64,000 nucleotides of DNA from Actinomycetota bacterium (GTDB lineage: Bacteria; Actinomycetota; Actinomycetes; S36-B12). Made by a program: the position numbers and the translations under genes. Each line of letters starts with the position of its first letter. Position 1 is the first letter of the stretch. The notes beneath the pieces were generated by a model. The model was given only the letters and a program-made list of their open reading frames with translations, searched no databases and was not told the origin of the DNA. The stretch lies in assembly GCA_016870195.1 (NCBI GenBank), contig VGCC01000007.1:1336-65335 (forward strand), given 5' to 3'. Of this stretch, positions 25,949 to 34,311 are shown piece by piece.

Positions 25949-27144
25949 CCACCCGGACACCCACGTCGAACACCGCCCTCTTCCGTCTCGGGACGTGGCT
26001 GCGTCATCCACTCAGCACGTATTACCTCATCATCGGTACGGCGTTGCTCCTCTTGGGGCTGGGCTTGGTCATGGTTTTGTCCGCATCCAGCATCGAGAGC
26101 GTGCGTGTCTTCGGTTCCCCGTACACGTTGGTACAGCGACAGGCGCTCTTCGCGGTGGCCGGCGTCATCGCAATGTACTTCGCGGCGCGGACCTCGATCG
26201 AGTTCTGGCGGGCGTTCGCGTGGCCGCTCCTTCTTGGCTCTGTGGCTCTCTTGATCCTCGTGCTCTTCATTGGGGTGGAAGTCGCGGGACAACGTAACTG
26301 GATCGACATCATCGGGCCTTTCCGACTGCAGCCGAGCGAGTTCGCGAAGCTCGCGTTGATCGTGTGGGGAGCGGACGTTCTCACGCGTCACAGGGATGCG
26401 ATTCCCACCTGGAACACGCTTCTCGTCCCCCTGGTACCGGTCGCCGCGGTGATGATGTTCCTCGTGCTCCTGGAAGGGGACTTCGGGAACACGCTGATGT
26501 TGGCCGCGATCATGGCCGGCATGCTCTTTGCCGCAGGCACGCCGATCCGCTTCTTCCTCGCCCTCGGAGCTCTTGGAGCCCTGGCTGTGTTCCTCCTGTC
26601 GCTCGCGGCGCCCTACCGCATGGAGCGTTTCACCTCGTGGCTCAACCCGGAGGCCGATCGCCTCGGCTACGGATGGCAGATCACCCAGGGTCAGTACGCG
26701 CTGGGAACCGGTGGCCTCTGGGGTGTGGGCCTGGGTGCCAGTCGAGAGAAGTGGGGATCTCTTCCGGAGGCACACACTGATTTCATCTTCCCGGTCATCG
26801 GGGAGGAACTCGGACTCGTGGGAACGCTCTCTGTCTTGCTGCTCTTCGGGGTGCTTGCCTTCGCGATCTTCCGGCTGAGTCGATCGACCCAGGATCCGTT
26901 CGTGCGCCTGGCCTCGGCGGGAGTCGGGGCGTGGATCGTGGTGCAGGCGGTTGTGAACGTGGGCGGCGTGCTCGGACTCATGCCGATCACGGGCGTACCA
27001 CTTCCACTCGTCTCCTATGGAGGGTCCTCGCTCGTGCCAACCCTCACCGCACTGGGCATGGTCCTTGCATTCGCGCGCAATGAACCAGGCGCCCGGCGCG
27101 CACTTCGTCGGCGATCGACCGCCGAAGCCTTGCGGAAGAGGTGA
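25945..27144 (+). CDS. ftsW: SEDS-family peptidoglycan glycosyltransferase FtsW
   Basis: 399 aa, about 10 TM segments. Motifs LQPSEFAKLAL and PLPLVSYGGSS; ATGA overlap with murD. Confidence 0.9.
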   Translation: MTTRTPTSNTALFRLGTWLRHPLSTYYLIIGTALLLLGLGLVMVLSASSIESVRVFGSPYTLVQRQALFAVAGVIAMYFAARTSIEFWRAFAWPLLLGSVALLILVLFIGVEVAGQRNWIDIIGPFRLQPSEFAKLALIVWGADVLTRHRDAIPTWNTLLVPLVPVAAVMMFLVLLEGDFGNTLMLAAIMAGMLFAAGTPIRFFLALGALGALAVFLLSLAAPYRMERFTSWLNPEADRLGYGWQITQGQYALGTGGLWGVGLGASREKWGSLPEAHTDFIFPVIGEELGLVGTLSVLLLFGVLAFAIFRLSRSTQDPFVRLASAGVGAWIVVQAVVNVGGVLGLMPITGVPLPLVSYGGSSLVPTLTALGMVLAFARNEPGARRALRRRSTAEALRKR

Positions 27145-27153
27145 CGTGACCAC

Positions 27154-28224
27154 GTGCACGTCGTCATGGCTGCAGGCGGAACTGCCGGGCACATCGAACC
27201 TGCGTTGAACACGGCGGATACTCTCCGCGAACTCCGGCCCGGATGTACGGTCACATTCCTGGGGTCCGAACGAGGACTCGAAACATCACTGGTACCCCCG
27301 CGCGGTTACCCGCTGGTGACCGTGCCCTCCGCTCCTATCCCGCGGAGACTCGACCCGAGCCTGCTGCGCCTACCCGGAAGCCTCATGACGTCCGTGCGCG
27401 ACACTCGCCGACTTCTGCGCGAAGGAGGGGTGGACGCCGTGGTGGGTTTCGGCGGCTACGCATCGGCCCCGGCATACTTGGCAGCGTGGCGCGAGCACGT
27501 GCCCCTTCTCATCCACGAGGCCAATGCCCGTCCAGGATGGGCCAACCGTCTCGGCGCACGACTGACGCGTCATGTGGCCGCGGTGCGTGCGGGCGACCTT
27601 CCCCATGCGCGGGCCGTGGGGATGCCGTTGCGCACATCCATTCGGGAACTCGATCGCGAGGCGAGAGCCGCGACGGCCAGAGAGGAATTGGGTGTGCGCA
27701 AGCCGACGGTGCTCATCTTCGGGGGCAGCCAGGGCGCACGTCGACTCAACGAACTCGTCGCGGAGTGTCTGGATGCGTGGATCGCGAGGGGGATCAACGT
27801 GATCCACATCTACGGTTCCGCGAACACCGCGCCCTCCGCCCGGCCCGGGTACGTGCCGCTGCCCTTCACCGATCGCATGGACTTGGCCTACGCAGCTGCG
27901 GACCTGGTGATCTGTCGTGCGGGTGCGATGACCTGCGCAGAGGTCGCTGCGGTGGGACTTCCGGCGATTTACGTGCCTTTGCCCGTCGGTAATGGTGAGC
28001 AGGAATTGAATGCGCTTCCCGTCGTGCGGGTGGGGGGTGGAGTGTTGATCCGCGATCGTGATGTCACTCCAGAATGGCTTACGGAGCAGGTCGGTTCGCT
28101 GCTGCGGGATGAGCAGCGTCTTCTCTGCATGGCCACGCGGGCCCATGCTCAGGGCGTGCGCGATGCCGATCGGGTGATGGCCGAGTGGGTCATCGACATC
28201 GTCGAAGGTGGTCGGACACCGTGA
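27154..28224 (+). CDS. murG: undecaprenyldiphospho-muramoylpentapeptide beta-N-acetylglucosaminyltransferase MurG
   Basis: 356 aa. Motifs AAGGTAGHIEPAL, FGGSQGA and GNGEQELNA. Confidence 0.9.
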   Translation: MHVVMAAGGTAGHIEPALNTADTLRELRPGCTVTFLGSERGLETSLVPPRGYPLVTVPSAPIPRRLDPSLLRLPGSLMTSVRDTRRLLREGGVDAVVGFGGYASAPAYLAAWREHVPLLIHEANARPGWANRLGARLTRHVAAVRAGDLPHARAVGMPLRTSIRELDREARAATAREELGVRKPTVLIFGGSQGARRLNELVAECLDAWIARGINVIHIYGSANTAPSARPGYVPLPFTDRMDLAYAAADLVICRAGAMTCAEVAAVGLPAIYVPLPVGNGEQELNALPVVRVGGGVLIRDRDVTPEWLTEQVGSLLRDEQRLLCMATRAHAQGVRDADRVMAEWVIDIVEGGRTP

Positions 28225-29627
28225 GTGAATCCCAGACGGGAAGCCTCGGACGCGTCCACATCATGGGACTCGGTGGGGCGGGGATGTCGGGTATCGCCAG
28301 GATCCTCGTGGCTCGCGGGATCGATGTCTCTGGATGCGATGCAAAAGATTCCCGGCGACTCAGCGCTTTGCGCGTCCTGGGAGTTCGATCGGACATCGGC
28401 CACAACGCGCATCATCTCGATGGAGTCGATTCGTTGATCCTTTCCACCGCGATACCCGGGGACAACCCCGAGGTCGTCGCCGCGCGCGACGCGGGGGTAC
28501 AGGTGATGTCCCGTGCAGACACTCTGGCCGCGTTGATGGCCGGCTACGACGGCGTCGCGGTTGCAGGAACGCACGGCAAGACCACCACCACATCCATGAT
28601 CACCGTGGTCCTACAGCACTGCGGACTCGATCCGACCTTCGTCATCGGTAGCGAACTCAACGAGACGGGGGCCAACGCACACCAGGGGAGCGGAACCACG
28701 TTCGTGGCCGAGGCCGACGAGAGTGATGGGTCCTTCCTGGCGCTTCCGGCGACGGCTGGGATCATCACGAATATCGAGCCGGATCACCTGAACTACTGGG
28801 GTGACTTCGCGGCCCTCGAGCGGGCCTTCGAGGATTTCGTGGGCGGCATCTGCTCACGAGGGGGGTTCGTCGTGCTCTGCGGCGATGATCCAGGAGCCCA
28901 CCGGTTGGCAGGGTCGTGTCGCGCGGCTGGTCAGGTGGTTCGCACGTATGGAACCGCCGCAGAGGCCGACTTCCGCATGGTGGACCCGTCTCCCGGTGAT
29001 GGTGGCTGGAGTTTCGATGTCGTTCACAACGGGGTCCGGTTGGGGCATGTTTCCCTGGCCGTCCCCGGTCGACATAACGCCCTGAACGCGCTGGGGGCTA
29101 TCGCAGTCTGCCTAGGACTCGGGTGTTCGGCGGGGGAGGTTCTTGAGGGAATCACCACCTTCTCCGGAACACGTCGGCGGTTCGACTATCGCGGATCTGC
29201 AGCCGGCGTTCGTGTCTTCGACGACTACGCGCACCATCCGACGGAGATCGCGGCCACCCTGCGTGCTGCGCGCGAGGTCGTCGGATCTGGTCGGATCATC
29301 GTTGCCTTCCAGGCTCACCACTACTACCGGACCGCGATGTTCGTGCGGGAGTTCGGCGAGGCGCTCGGACTTGCCGATGTCGTTGTCGTCCTCGAGGTGT
29401 TCGCCCCCGGGGAGACCCCGATCCCAGGCGCGAGTGGTCAGACCATGGCGACCCACGTGCCGCTGGACCCGAGTTGCGTGATCTTCGAGCCATCCTGGTC
29501 CGCGGTTGCTGCCCACCTCGTCTCCCGCGCGCGGCCGGGAGACATCGTGATGACCCTGGGGGCTGGGGATATCGGGATGCTCGCGATCGAGGTACTCGAG
29601 CTCTTGCGGGGGTCGGACTCCGCGTGA
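28221..29627 (+). CDS. murC: UDP-N-acetylmuramate--L-alanine ligase MurC
   Basis: GTG 28221 overlaps the murG stop (GTGA). Motifs HIMGLGGAGMSGIA and VAGTHGKTTTTSM. Confidence 0.9.
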   Translation: MSESQTGSLGRVHIMGLGGAGMSGIARILVARGIDVSGCDAKDSRRLSALRVLGVRSDIGHNAHHLDGVDSLILSTAIPGDNPEVVAARDAGVQVMSRADTLAALMAGYDGVAVAGTHGKTTTTSMITVVLQHCGLDPTFVIGSELNETGANAHQGSGTTFVAEADESDGSFLALPATAGIITNIEPDHLNYWGDFAALERAFEDFVGGICSRGGFVVLCGDDPGAHRLAGSCRAAGQVVRTYGTAAEADFRMVDPSPGDGGWSFDVVHNGVRLGHVSLAVPGRHNALNALGAIAVCLGLGCSAGEVLEGITTFSGTRRRFDYRGSAAGVRVFDDYAHHPTEIAATLRAAREVVGSGRIIVAFQAHHYYRTAMFVREFGEALGLADVVVVLEVFAPGETPIPGASGQTMATHVPLDPSCVIFEPSWSAVAAHLVSRARPGDIVMTLGAGDIGMLAIEVLELLRGSDSA

Positions 29628-30328
29628 CACGCAAACGCCTCACCACGTTCATCGCCCTACTCCTCGTTGCCCTGGTTGCTTTCGGTGCGGTTTTCGCGGT
29701 CTGGTTTTCCACGTGGCTCGACGTCGAGCGGATTCGCGCGATCGGAACGGGGCGTACACAGGAGGTACTCGCGTCGGCTGCGATCGACGTCGGGACCCCG
29801 ATCGCCCGAGTCGACACGATCTCGGTCCAACAGCGTGTCGGGGAGATCCCGTGGGTGAAGTCCGTGGACGTGCGTCGAGGCTGGCCGAACGAGATCGTTA
29901 TCGCGGTCACCGAGCGTGAGCCCGTGGCTCGAAAGATGAGTGAGGGTGGTGCGCAGGGGGTCGATGCGGACGGGGTCGTCTTTGCTCCACAGGCCGAACT
30001 CCCCGAGAATCTCATCGTCGTCACCGCAGAGGGCCCCGCATTGTTGGCCAGCGTCGAGGTACTCCAAGCGCTTCCGCCGGAAATCAAGGGCCGGGTGACC
30101 CGTGTGGCTGCCAGCACCCGCGACGACGTGCGACTGCACTTGAAGTCGGGCTCGATCGTGCGCTGGGGGAGCGCCCAGGAGCTGGAGTTCAAGTCCCAGG
30201 TTCTCCTCGCCCTACTGCCGCGGCGTGCCCGGTTGTACGACGTCAGCGCACCGCAGTTGCCGACCACCCTGGACGAGAATCCACGTACACGGGGGTCCCA
30301 GAAGGACGAGGTTTCGAGTTCTCCTTGA
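29624..30328 (+). CDS. ftsQ: cell division protein FtsQ (POTRA domain)
   Basis: GTG 29624 overlaps the murC stop. N-terminal TM FIALLLVALVAFGAVFAVWF, then a POTRA-like region (VERIRAIGTGRTQEVLASAA). The call is positional, before ftsZ. Confidence 0.8.
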   Translation: MTRKRLTTFIALLLVALVAFGAVFAVWFSTWLDVERIRAIGTGRTQEVLASAAIDVGTPIARVDTISVQQRVGEIPWVKSVDVRRGWPNEIVIAVTEREPVARKMSEGGAQGVDADGVVFAPQAELPENLIVVTAEGPALLASVEVLQALPPEIKGRVTRVAASTRDDVRLHLKSGSIVRWGSAQELEFKSQVLLALLPRRARLYDVSAPQLPTTLDENPRTRGSQKDEVSSSP

Positions 30329-30331
30329 GAG

Positions 30332-30361
30332 TTGTCACCATTTGCAGTGAATTTTTAAAGA
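30332..30361 (+). promoter_or_regulatory. candidate ftsZ promoter TTGTCA-N18-TAAAGA inside an AT-rich island
   Basis: TTGTCA at 30332-30337 and TAAAGA at 30356-30361. The surrounding sequence gtgaatttttaaagatttttcc is unusually AT-rich for this window. Confidence 0.3.
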
Positions 30362-30539
30362 TTTTTCCCGATTTCCAAGGATTCGACACCCCCTGGCCTT
30401 GCACTTTCGGCGGATGACCCCCTACCCTCCGGCCGGTCCTGATCACGACTTTTCTCAGCCTCGAGTTGAGGTTGAGGGTCAGTACCACTGGAGTTGGCGA
30501 GCCCCCTCTCGCTGGCGTGGACGAAAGGACGAGCGCACC

Positions 30540-31640
30540 GTGGCCGCTCCCCAGAACTATTTGGCCGTCATCAAAGTCGTCGGAATTGGCGGTGGTGGCG
30601 TCAATGCCGTGAACCGCATGATCGAGGTCGGGCTGAAGGGCGTGGAGTTCATCGCCATCAACACCGACGCACAGGCACTCTTGATGAGCGACGCCGACGT
30701 GAAGCTCGACATCGGCCGTGAGTTGACCCGCGGACTGGGTGCGGGCGCGAATCCCGAGGTCGGCCGCAAGGCTGCCGAGGACCACCTCGACGAGATCGAG
30801 GAGGTGCTGAGTGGCGCAGACATGGTCTTCGTGACCGCCGGTGAGGGCGGTGGTACCGGCACCGGAGGTGCGCCGATCGTCGCGCGCGTCGCGCGCTCGC
30901 TGGGTGCGCTCACCATCGGCGTCGTGACCCGCCCGTTCGGGTTCGAGGGTCGTCGGCGCGCCAGCCAGGCGGACAACGGAGTTGAGGACCTGCGAGCCGA
31001 GGTCGACACCCTGATCGTCATCCCGAATGACCGGCTGCTGTCGCTTGCAGATCGAGAAATCAGTGTCGTTGACGCTTTCCGTCAGGCGGATCATGTCCTG
31101 CTGCAGGGCGTGTCGGGAATCACGGACCTGATCACCACACCCGGTCTGATCAATCTGGACTTCGCGGACGTGAAGAGCGTCATGCTCGGGGCGGGCTCGG
31201 CCTTGATGGGAATCGGTTCGGCGCGTGGCGAGGACCGGGCAGTCCAGGCCGCCGAGAAGGCCATCTCCAGCCCGCTGTTGGAGGCGGGCATCGACGGCGC
31301 CCACGGAGTACTCCTGTCGGTCTCCGGTGGAAGTGATCTCGGTCTGTTCGAGATCAATGAGGCTGCCCGCCTGGTGAGCGACGCTGCCCATCCCGATGCC
31401 AACATCATCTTCGGCGCCGTGATCGACGACACCTTGGGTGACGAGGTCCGGGTCACGGTGATCGCGGCCGGCTTCGACGGTGGAGAGCCCCCAGCTCGCA
31501 AGGCCGCTCGTCGCGTCGCTTCGGAGGGAACGGGCGAGATCCCGGTGGTGGGAACTGCCACCGGTCCGATTTCCAAGCCGCGCTCGGTGATCTTCGACAG
31601 CACCGAGGACGACCTCGATGTCCCAGACTTCCTGAAGTAG
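30540..31640 (+). CDS. ftsZ: cell division GTPase FtsZ
   Basis: GTG 30540 follows AAAGGACGAG. Sequence [22 protein letters not shown] and the tubulin signature [10 protein letters not shown]. The track ORF from 30399 is over-extended. Confidence 0.95.
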   Translation: MAAPQNYLAVIKVVGIGGGGVNAVNRMIEVGLKGVEFIAINTDAQALLMSDADVKLDIGRELTRGLGAGANPEVGRKAAEDHLDEIEEVLSGADMVFVTAGEGGGTGTGGAPIVARVARSLGALTIGVVTRPFGFEGRRRASQADNGVEDLRAEVDTLIVIPNDRLLSLADREISVVDAFRQADHVLLQGVSGITDLITTPGLINLDFADVKSVMLGAGSALMGIGSARGEDRAVQAAEKAISSPLLEAGIDGAHGVLLSVSGGSDLGLFEINEAARLVSDAAHPDANIIFGAVIDDTLGDEVRVTVIAAGFDGGEPPARKAARRVASEGTGEIPVVGTATGPISKPRSVIFDSTEDDLDVPDFLK

Positions 31641-31649
31641 CACTTTCGC

Positions 31650-32381
31650 GTGAGTCTTCCCCTTGCCAGTGGGACCATCCCTCCGCTGGCACCTGGTGAC
31701 CGTCCAGTGAACTGGGCGGTCACCGGTCGTTTCGGGGGAGTGAGCACGGGACGCTTCGCGGAATTGAATCTCGCTGATCACGTGGGAGACGATCCGGCGT
31801 CGGTGCAGGCGAATCGTGAACTCATCCGCAGTTTCGCGGGGACGGCGGGAGCGGCTTTCGTTCGCGCGGTGCACGGAGCGGACGTCGAGTGGGTCGACTC
31901 GTCGTATGGAATCCCCGAAGCGGACGCGCTCCTCACGGAGTCCACGAATCTCGCCCTCGTTGCGCTCGGAGCCGATTGTGCGCTGATCGGGATCGCGGCG
32001 CCCGGAGTCATCGGAGTCGTGCACTGCGGCTGGCGTGGTCTGGTCGCCGGGGTAATCCCGGCCACGATCACTGCAGTTCGTGCGCGGACATCCGGTCCGA
32101 TCACCGCGATCATCGGTCCGGTGATTTGTGGCGCCTGCTACCACGTGGGATCGGAGTGTGCTGCCGCTGTGCGAGGAGTGTGCGATGCAGCGGCTCCGGA
32201 TGATTCGCACGTCGATCTCCGTGCGGGAGTGGTGCAGATTCTTCTGGGCGAGGGGGTTGAGGTGCAGGACCGCTCGATGTGCACCCGGGAATCACAGAAT
32301 CTGTTCTCTCATCGTCGGGATGATCCGACCGGCAGACATGGCCTGCTTCTCTGGTGGGGGTCGACGAGGATGGGCTCGTGA
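31650..32381 (+). CDS. pgeF: YfiH/PgeF family (laccase-domain) peptidoglycan editing factor / purine nucleoside phosphorylase
   Basis: 243 aa. VVHCGWRGLVAGV motif and SHRRD near the C terminus; conserved position after ftsZ. Confidence 0.85.
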   Translation: MSLPLASGTIPPLAPGDRPVNWAVTGRFGGVSTGRFAELNLADHVGDDPASVQANRELIRSFAGTAGAAFVRAVHGADVEWVDSSYGIPEADALLTESTNLALVALGADCALIGIAAPGVIGVVHCGWRGLVAGVIPATITAVRARTSGPITAIIGPVICGACYHVGSECAAAVRGVCDAAAPDDSHVDLRAGVVQILLGEGVEVQDRSMCTRESQNLFSHRRDDPTGRHGLLLWWGSTRMGS

Positions 32382-33073
32382 CGAGGAGGACGGAGATCGA
32401 GCAGGGACTTGCCGGTGTCCGTGAACGTATTTCTCGCGCCTGCGCCTCCGCTCATCGCCCGGACGACGTCACCCTCGTCGTGGTGACGAAGACGTATCCG
32501 GCGTCCGATGTCCGGATCCTGGCCGAGCTCGGAGTCCGAGACGTGGGGGAGAACCGGCACCAGGAGGCAGCATCGAAGTTCGCGGAGTGTGCGGATCTGG
32601 GACTGAGCTGGCACATGATCGGTCAACTCCAGCGCAATAAGGCCGCGGCCGTGGTGAGGTGGGCCGACGTCATCGAGACAATCGATCGCCCGGAGCTCGC
32701 AGACGCCGTGGGGAGGAGCGCCGTCGCCTATGGAGCGGAGCGAGACGTCCTGCTGCAGGTCAACCTGGACCAGCCGGTGCGTGCCGAGCGTGGGGGTTGT
32801 GCCCCCGAGGATGTTCGCGCCCTGTGTGACCATGTCGCGGCTGTGACCGGTCTCCAGGTGCGGGGGGTCATGGGAGTGGCACCCCACCCGGGTGAGCCCG
32901 AGGAGGCTTTCGCCAGGCTTGCTCGAATCGCCGCCGAGGTGCGGGAGGTCATTCCCGGGGCGACCGTCCTCTCGGCGGGTATGAGCGACGACCTCGAGGC
33001 CGCCATCGCCCATGGCGCGACACATGTGCGGGTGGGGAGCGCGGTGCTGGGAAGACGTCCCACGTTGCAGTAG
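32378..33073 (+). CDS. yggS: YggS/YlmE family pyridoxal-phosphate homeostasis protein
   Basis: GTG 32378 overlaps the pgeF stop. Sequence VTLVVVTKTYP (PLP lysine), HMIGQLQRNK and GMSDDLEAAIAHGATHVRVGSA. Confidence 0.85.
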   Translation: MTRRTEIEQGLAGVRERISRACASAHRPDDVTLVVVTKTYPASDVRILAELGVRDVGENRHQEAASKFAECADLGLSWHMIGQLQRNKAAAVVRWADVIETIDRPELADAVGRSAVAYGAERDVLLQVNLDQPVRAERGGCAPEDVRALCDHVAAVTGLQVRGVMGVAPHPGEPEEAFARLARIAAEVREVIPGATVLSAGMSDDLEAAIAHGATHVRVGSAVLGRRPTLQ

Positions 33074-33107
33074 CGTTACATGTGACTATTGGAACGGGAG
33101 GGACACC

Positions 33108-33629
33108 GTGGCAGGGGCGATGCACAAAATGGCCGTCTACCTCGGCCTCGTCGAGGCGGAGCCCCAAGACGAGTTCGACGACTACGAACCCGTGCCGACT
33201 CGTCAGCGCGCCTCACGACGTGGTTTCGCCCCGCAGTATGTGGACGAGGAGTACACCTCGACGACGGTCCGAGCCATTCACGAGCCCCGATCCGTCCGCA
33301 CCGTGCGGGGGCAGGAGGCACCGGTGGTGGAGCGCCGAGCACCCCTGGACTTCTCTCGGATCGAGACGGTCCATCCACGCTCGTACAACGACGCACGGCG
33401 CATCGGCGAGGACTTTCGCGATGGGGTGCCGGTGATCATGAATCTCGGGGACATGGATGACGCCGACGCCAAGCGGGTGATCGATTTCGCTGCAGGGTTG
33501 GTGTTCGGCTTGCGCGGGACCATCGAGAGGATAACCAACAAGGTCTTCCTCCTCTCGCCGGCGAATGTTGATGTCGGGGACCAGGCGAGGGCACAGGTCC
33601 AGGAGGACGGATTCTTCAATCAAAGCTGA
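33108..33629 (+). CDS. sepF: cell division protein SepF
   Basis: GTG 33108 follows GGGAGGGA. N terminus AGAMHKMAVYLGLVE and C-terminal domain VIMNLGDMDDADAKRVIDFAAGLVFGLRGTIERITNKVFLLSP. Confidence 0.9.
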   Translation: MAGAMHKMAVYLGLVEAEPQDEFDDYEPVPTRQRASRRGFAPQYVDEEYTSTTVRAIHEPRSVRTVRGQEAPVVERRAPLDFSRIETVHPRSYNDARRIGEDFRDGVPVIMNLGDMDDADAKRVIDFAAGLVFGLRGTIERITNKVFLLSPANVDVGDQARAQVQEDGFFNQS

Positions 33630-33656
33630 TCACGCCGAGGTTGAAGGGGACACGAC

Positions 33657-33941
33657 ATGAGCATCGTCGGTCAAGTACTCGCCACGATTTTGTGGCTCTA
33701 TTGGCTCGTGCTTATCGGACGCCTCATCTTCGACTTCATCACGATCTTCGCGCGCAACTGGCAGCCGAGGGGACCACTTCTCGTTCTTGCCGAGGGAATC
33801 TTCACGATTACCGACCCCCCGATCAAGGCGATTCGCAGATTCGTTCCGCCGCTGCGTTTGGGAAGTGTCAGCTTCGACCTCGCCTTCCTCATCCTGATTA
33901 TCGGCGTCCAACTCCTTATCAATGTCGCCCTGATGCTTTAG
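33657..33941 (+). CDS. yggT: YggT/YlmG family membrane protein
   Basis: 94 aa, two hydrophobic segments, LYWLVLIGRLIFDF motif; conserved position after sepF. Confidence 0.8.
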   Translation: MSIVGQVLATILWLYWLVLIGRLIFDFITIFARNWQPRGPLLVLAEGIFTITDPPIKAIRRFVPPLRLGSVSFDLAFLILIIGVQLLINVALML

Positions 33942-33954
33942 AAGGGATCGTTTC

Positions 33955-34311
33955 ATGGGCCTGACACCGGACGACGTTCACGCCGTGCGATTCCACACAA
34001 GTCGAATCAAGCCCGGCTACCGCATGAAGGAGGTCGATGACTTCCTCGATCAGGTTGCCTCGACGATCACCCACCTTCAGGAACAGTTGCAGCGGGCAGA
34101 CGACTCCATCGGAGTGTGGAAGGCGCAGACGGAGCAAGTGCAAAGACGACTTGATGCCCGGGAAGCTGAGTCGGCTGCTCGGAGCCACGACACCATCCCG
34201 ATTCCGCGCGGCGCGGTGGCGGACATAGAAGCCAAACGGGAACAGTTGCGCGCGATCCTGCGGGAACAATTGCGGCTACTAGACGACGGTCCCTCAGCGT
34301 CGGCTCAATGA
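33955..34311 (+). CDS. divIVA: short DivIVA-domain protein (Wag31 position)
   Basis: 118 aa. N-terminal DivIVA signature LTPDDVHAVRFHTSRIKPGYRMKEVDDFLDQV plus one coiled-coil stretch. The 3' end overlaps convergent ileS by 18 nt. Confidence 0.8.
   Translation: MGLTPDDVHAVRFHTSRIKPGYRMKEVDDFLDQVASTITHLQEQLQRADDSIGVWKAQTEQVQRRLDAREAESAARSHDTIPIPRGAVADIEAKREQLRAILREQLRLLDDGPSASAQ

Noticed and set aside
30243-32210. A 655-aa minus-strand ORF antisense to ftsZ/pgeF, and similar long antisense ORFs (5739-7073, 19044-20147, 20669-21901, 25888-27192, 59646-61013).
   Set aside because: Each lies opposite a gene with unmistakable family motifs. Their Arg/Pro/Gly-rich, low-complexity translations are typical of stop-codon-poor antisense frames in high-GC DNA.
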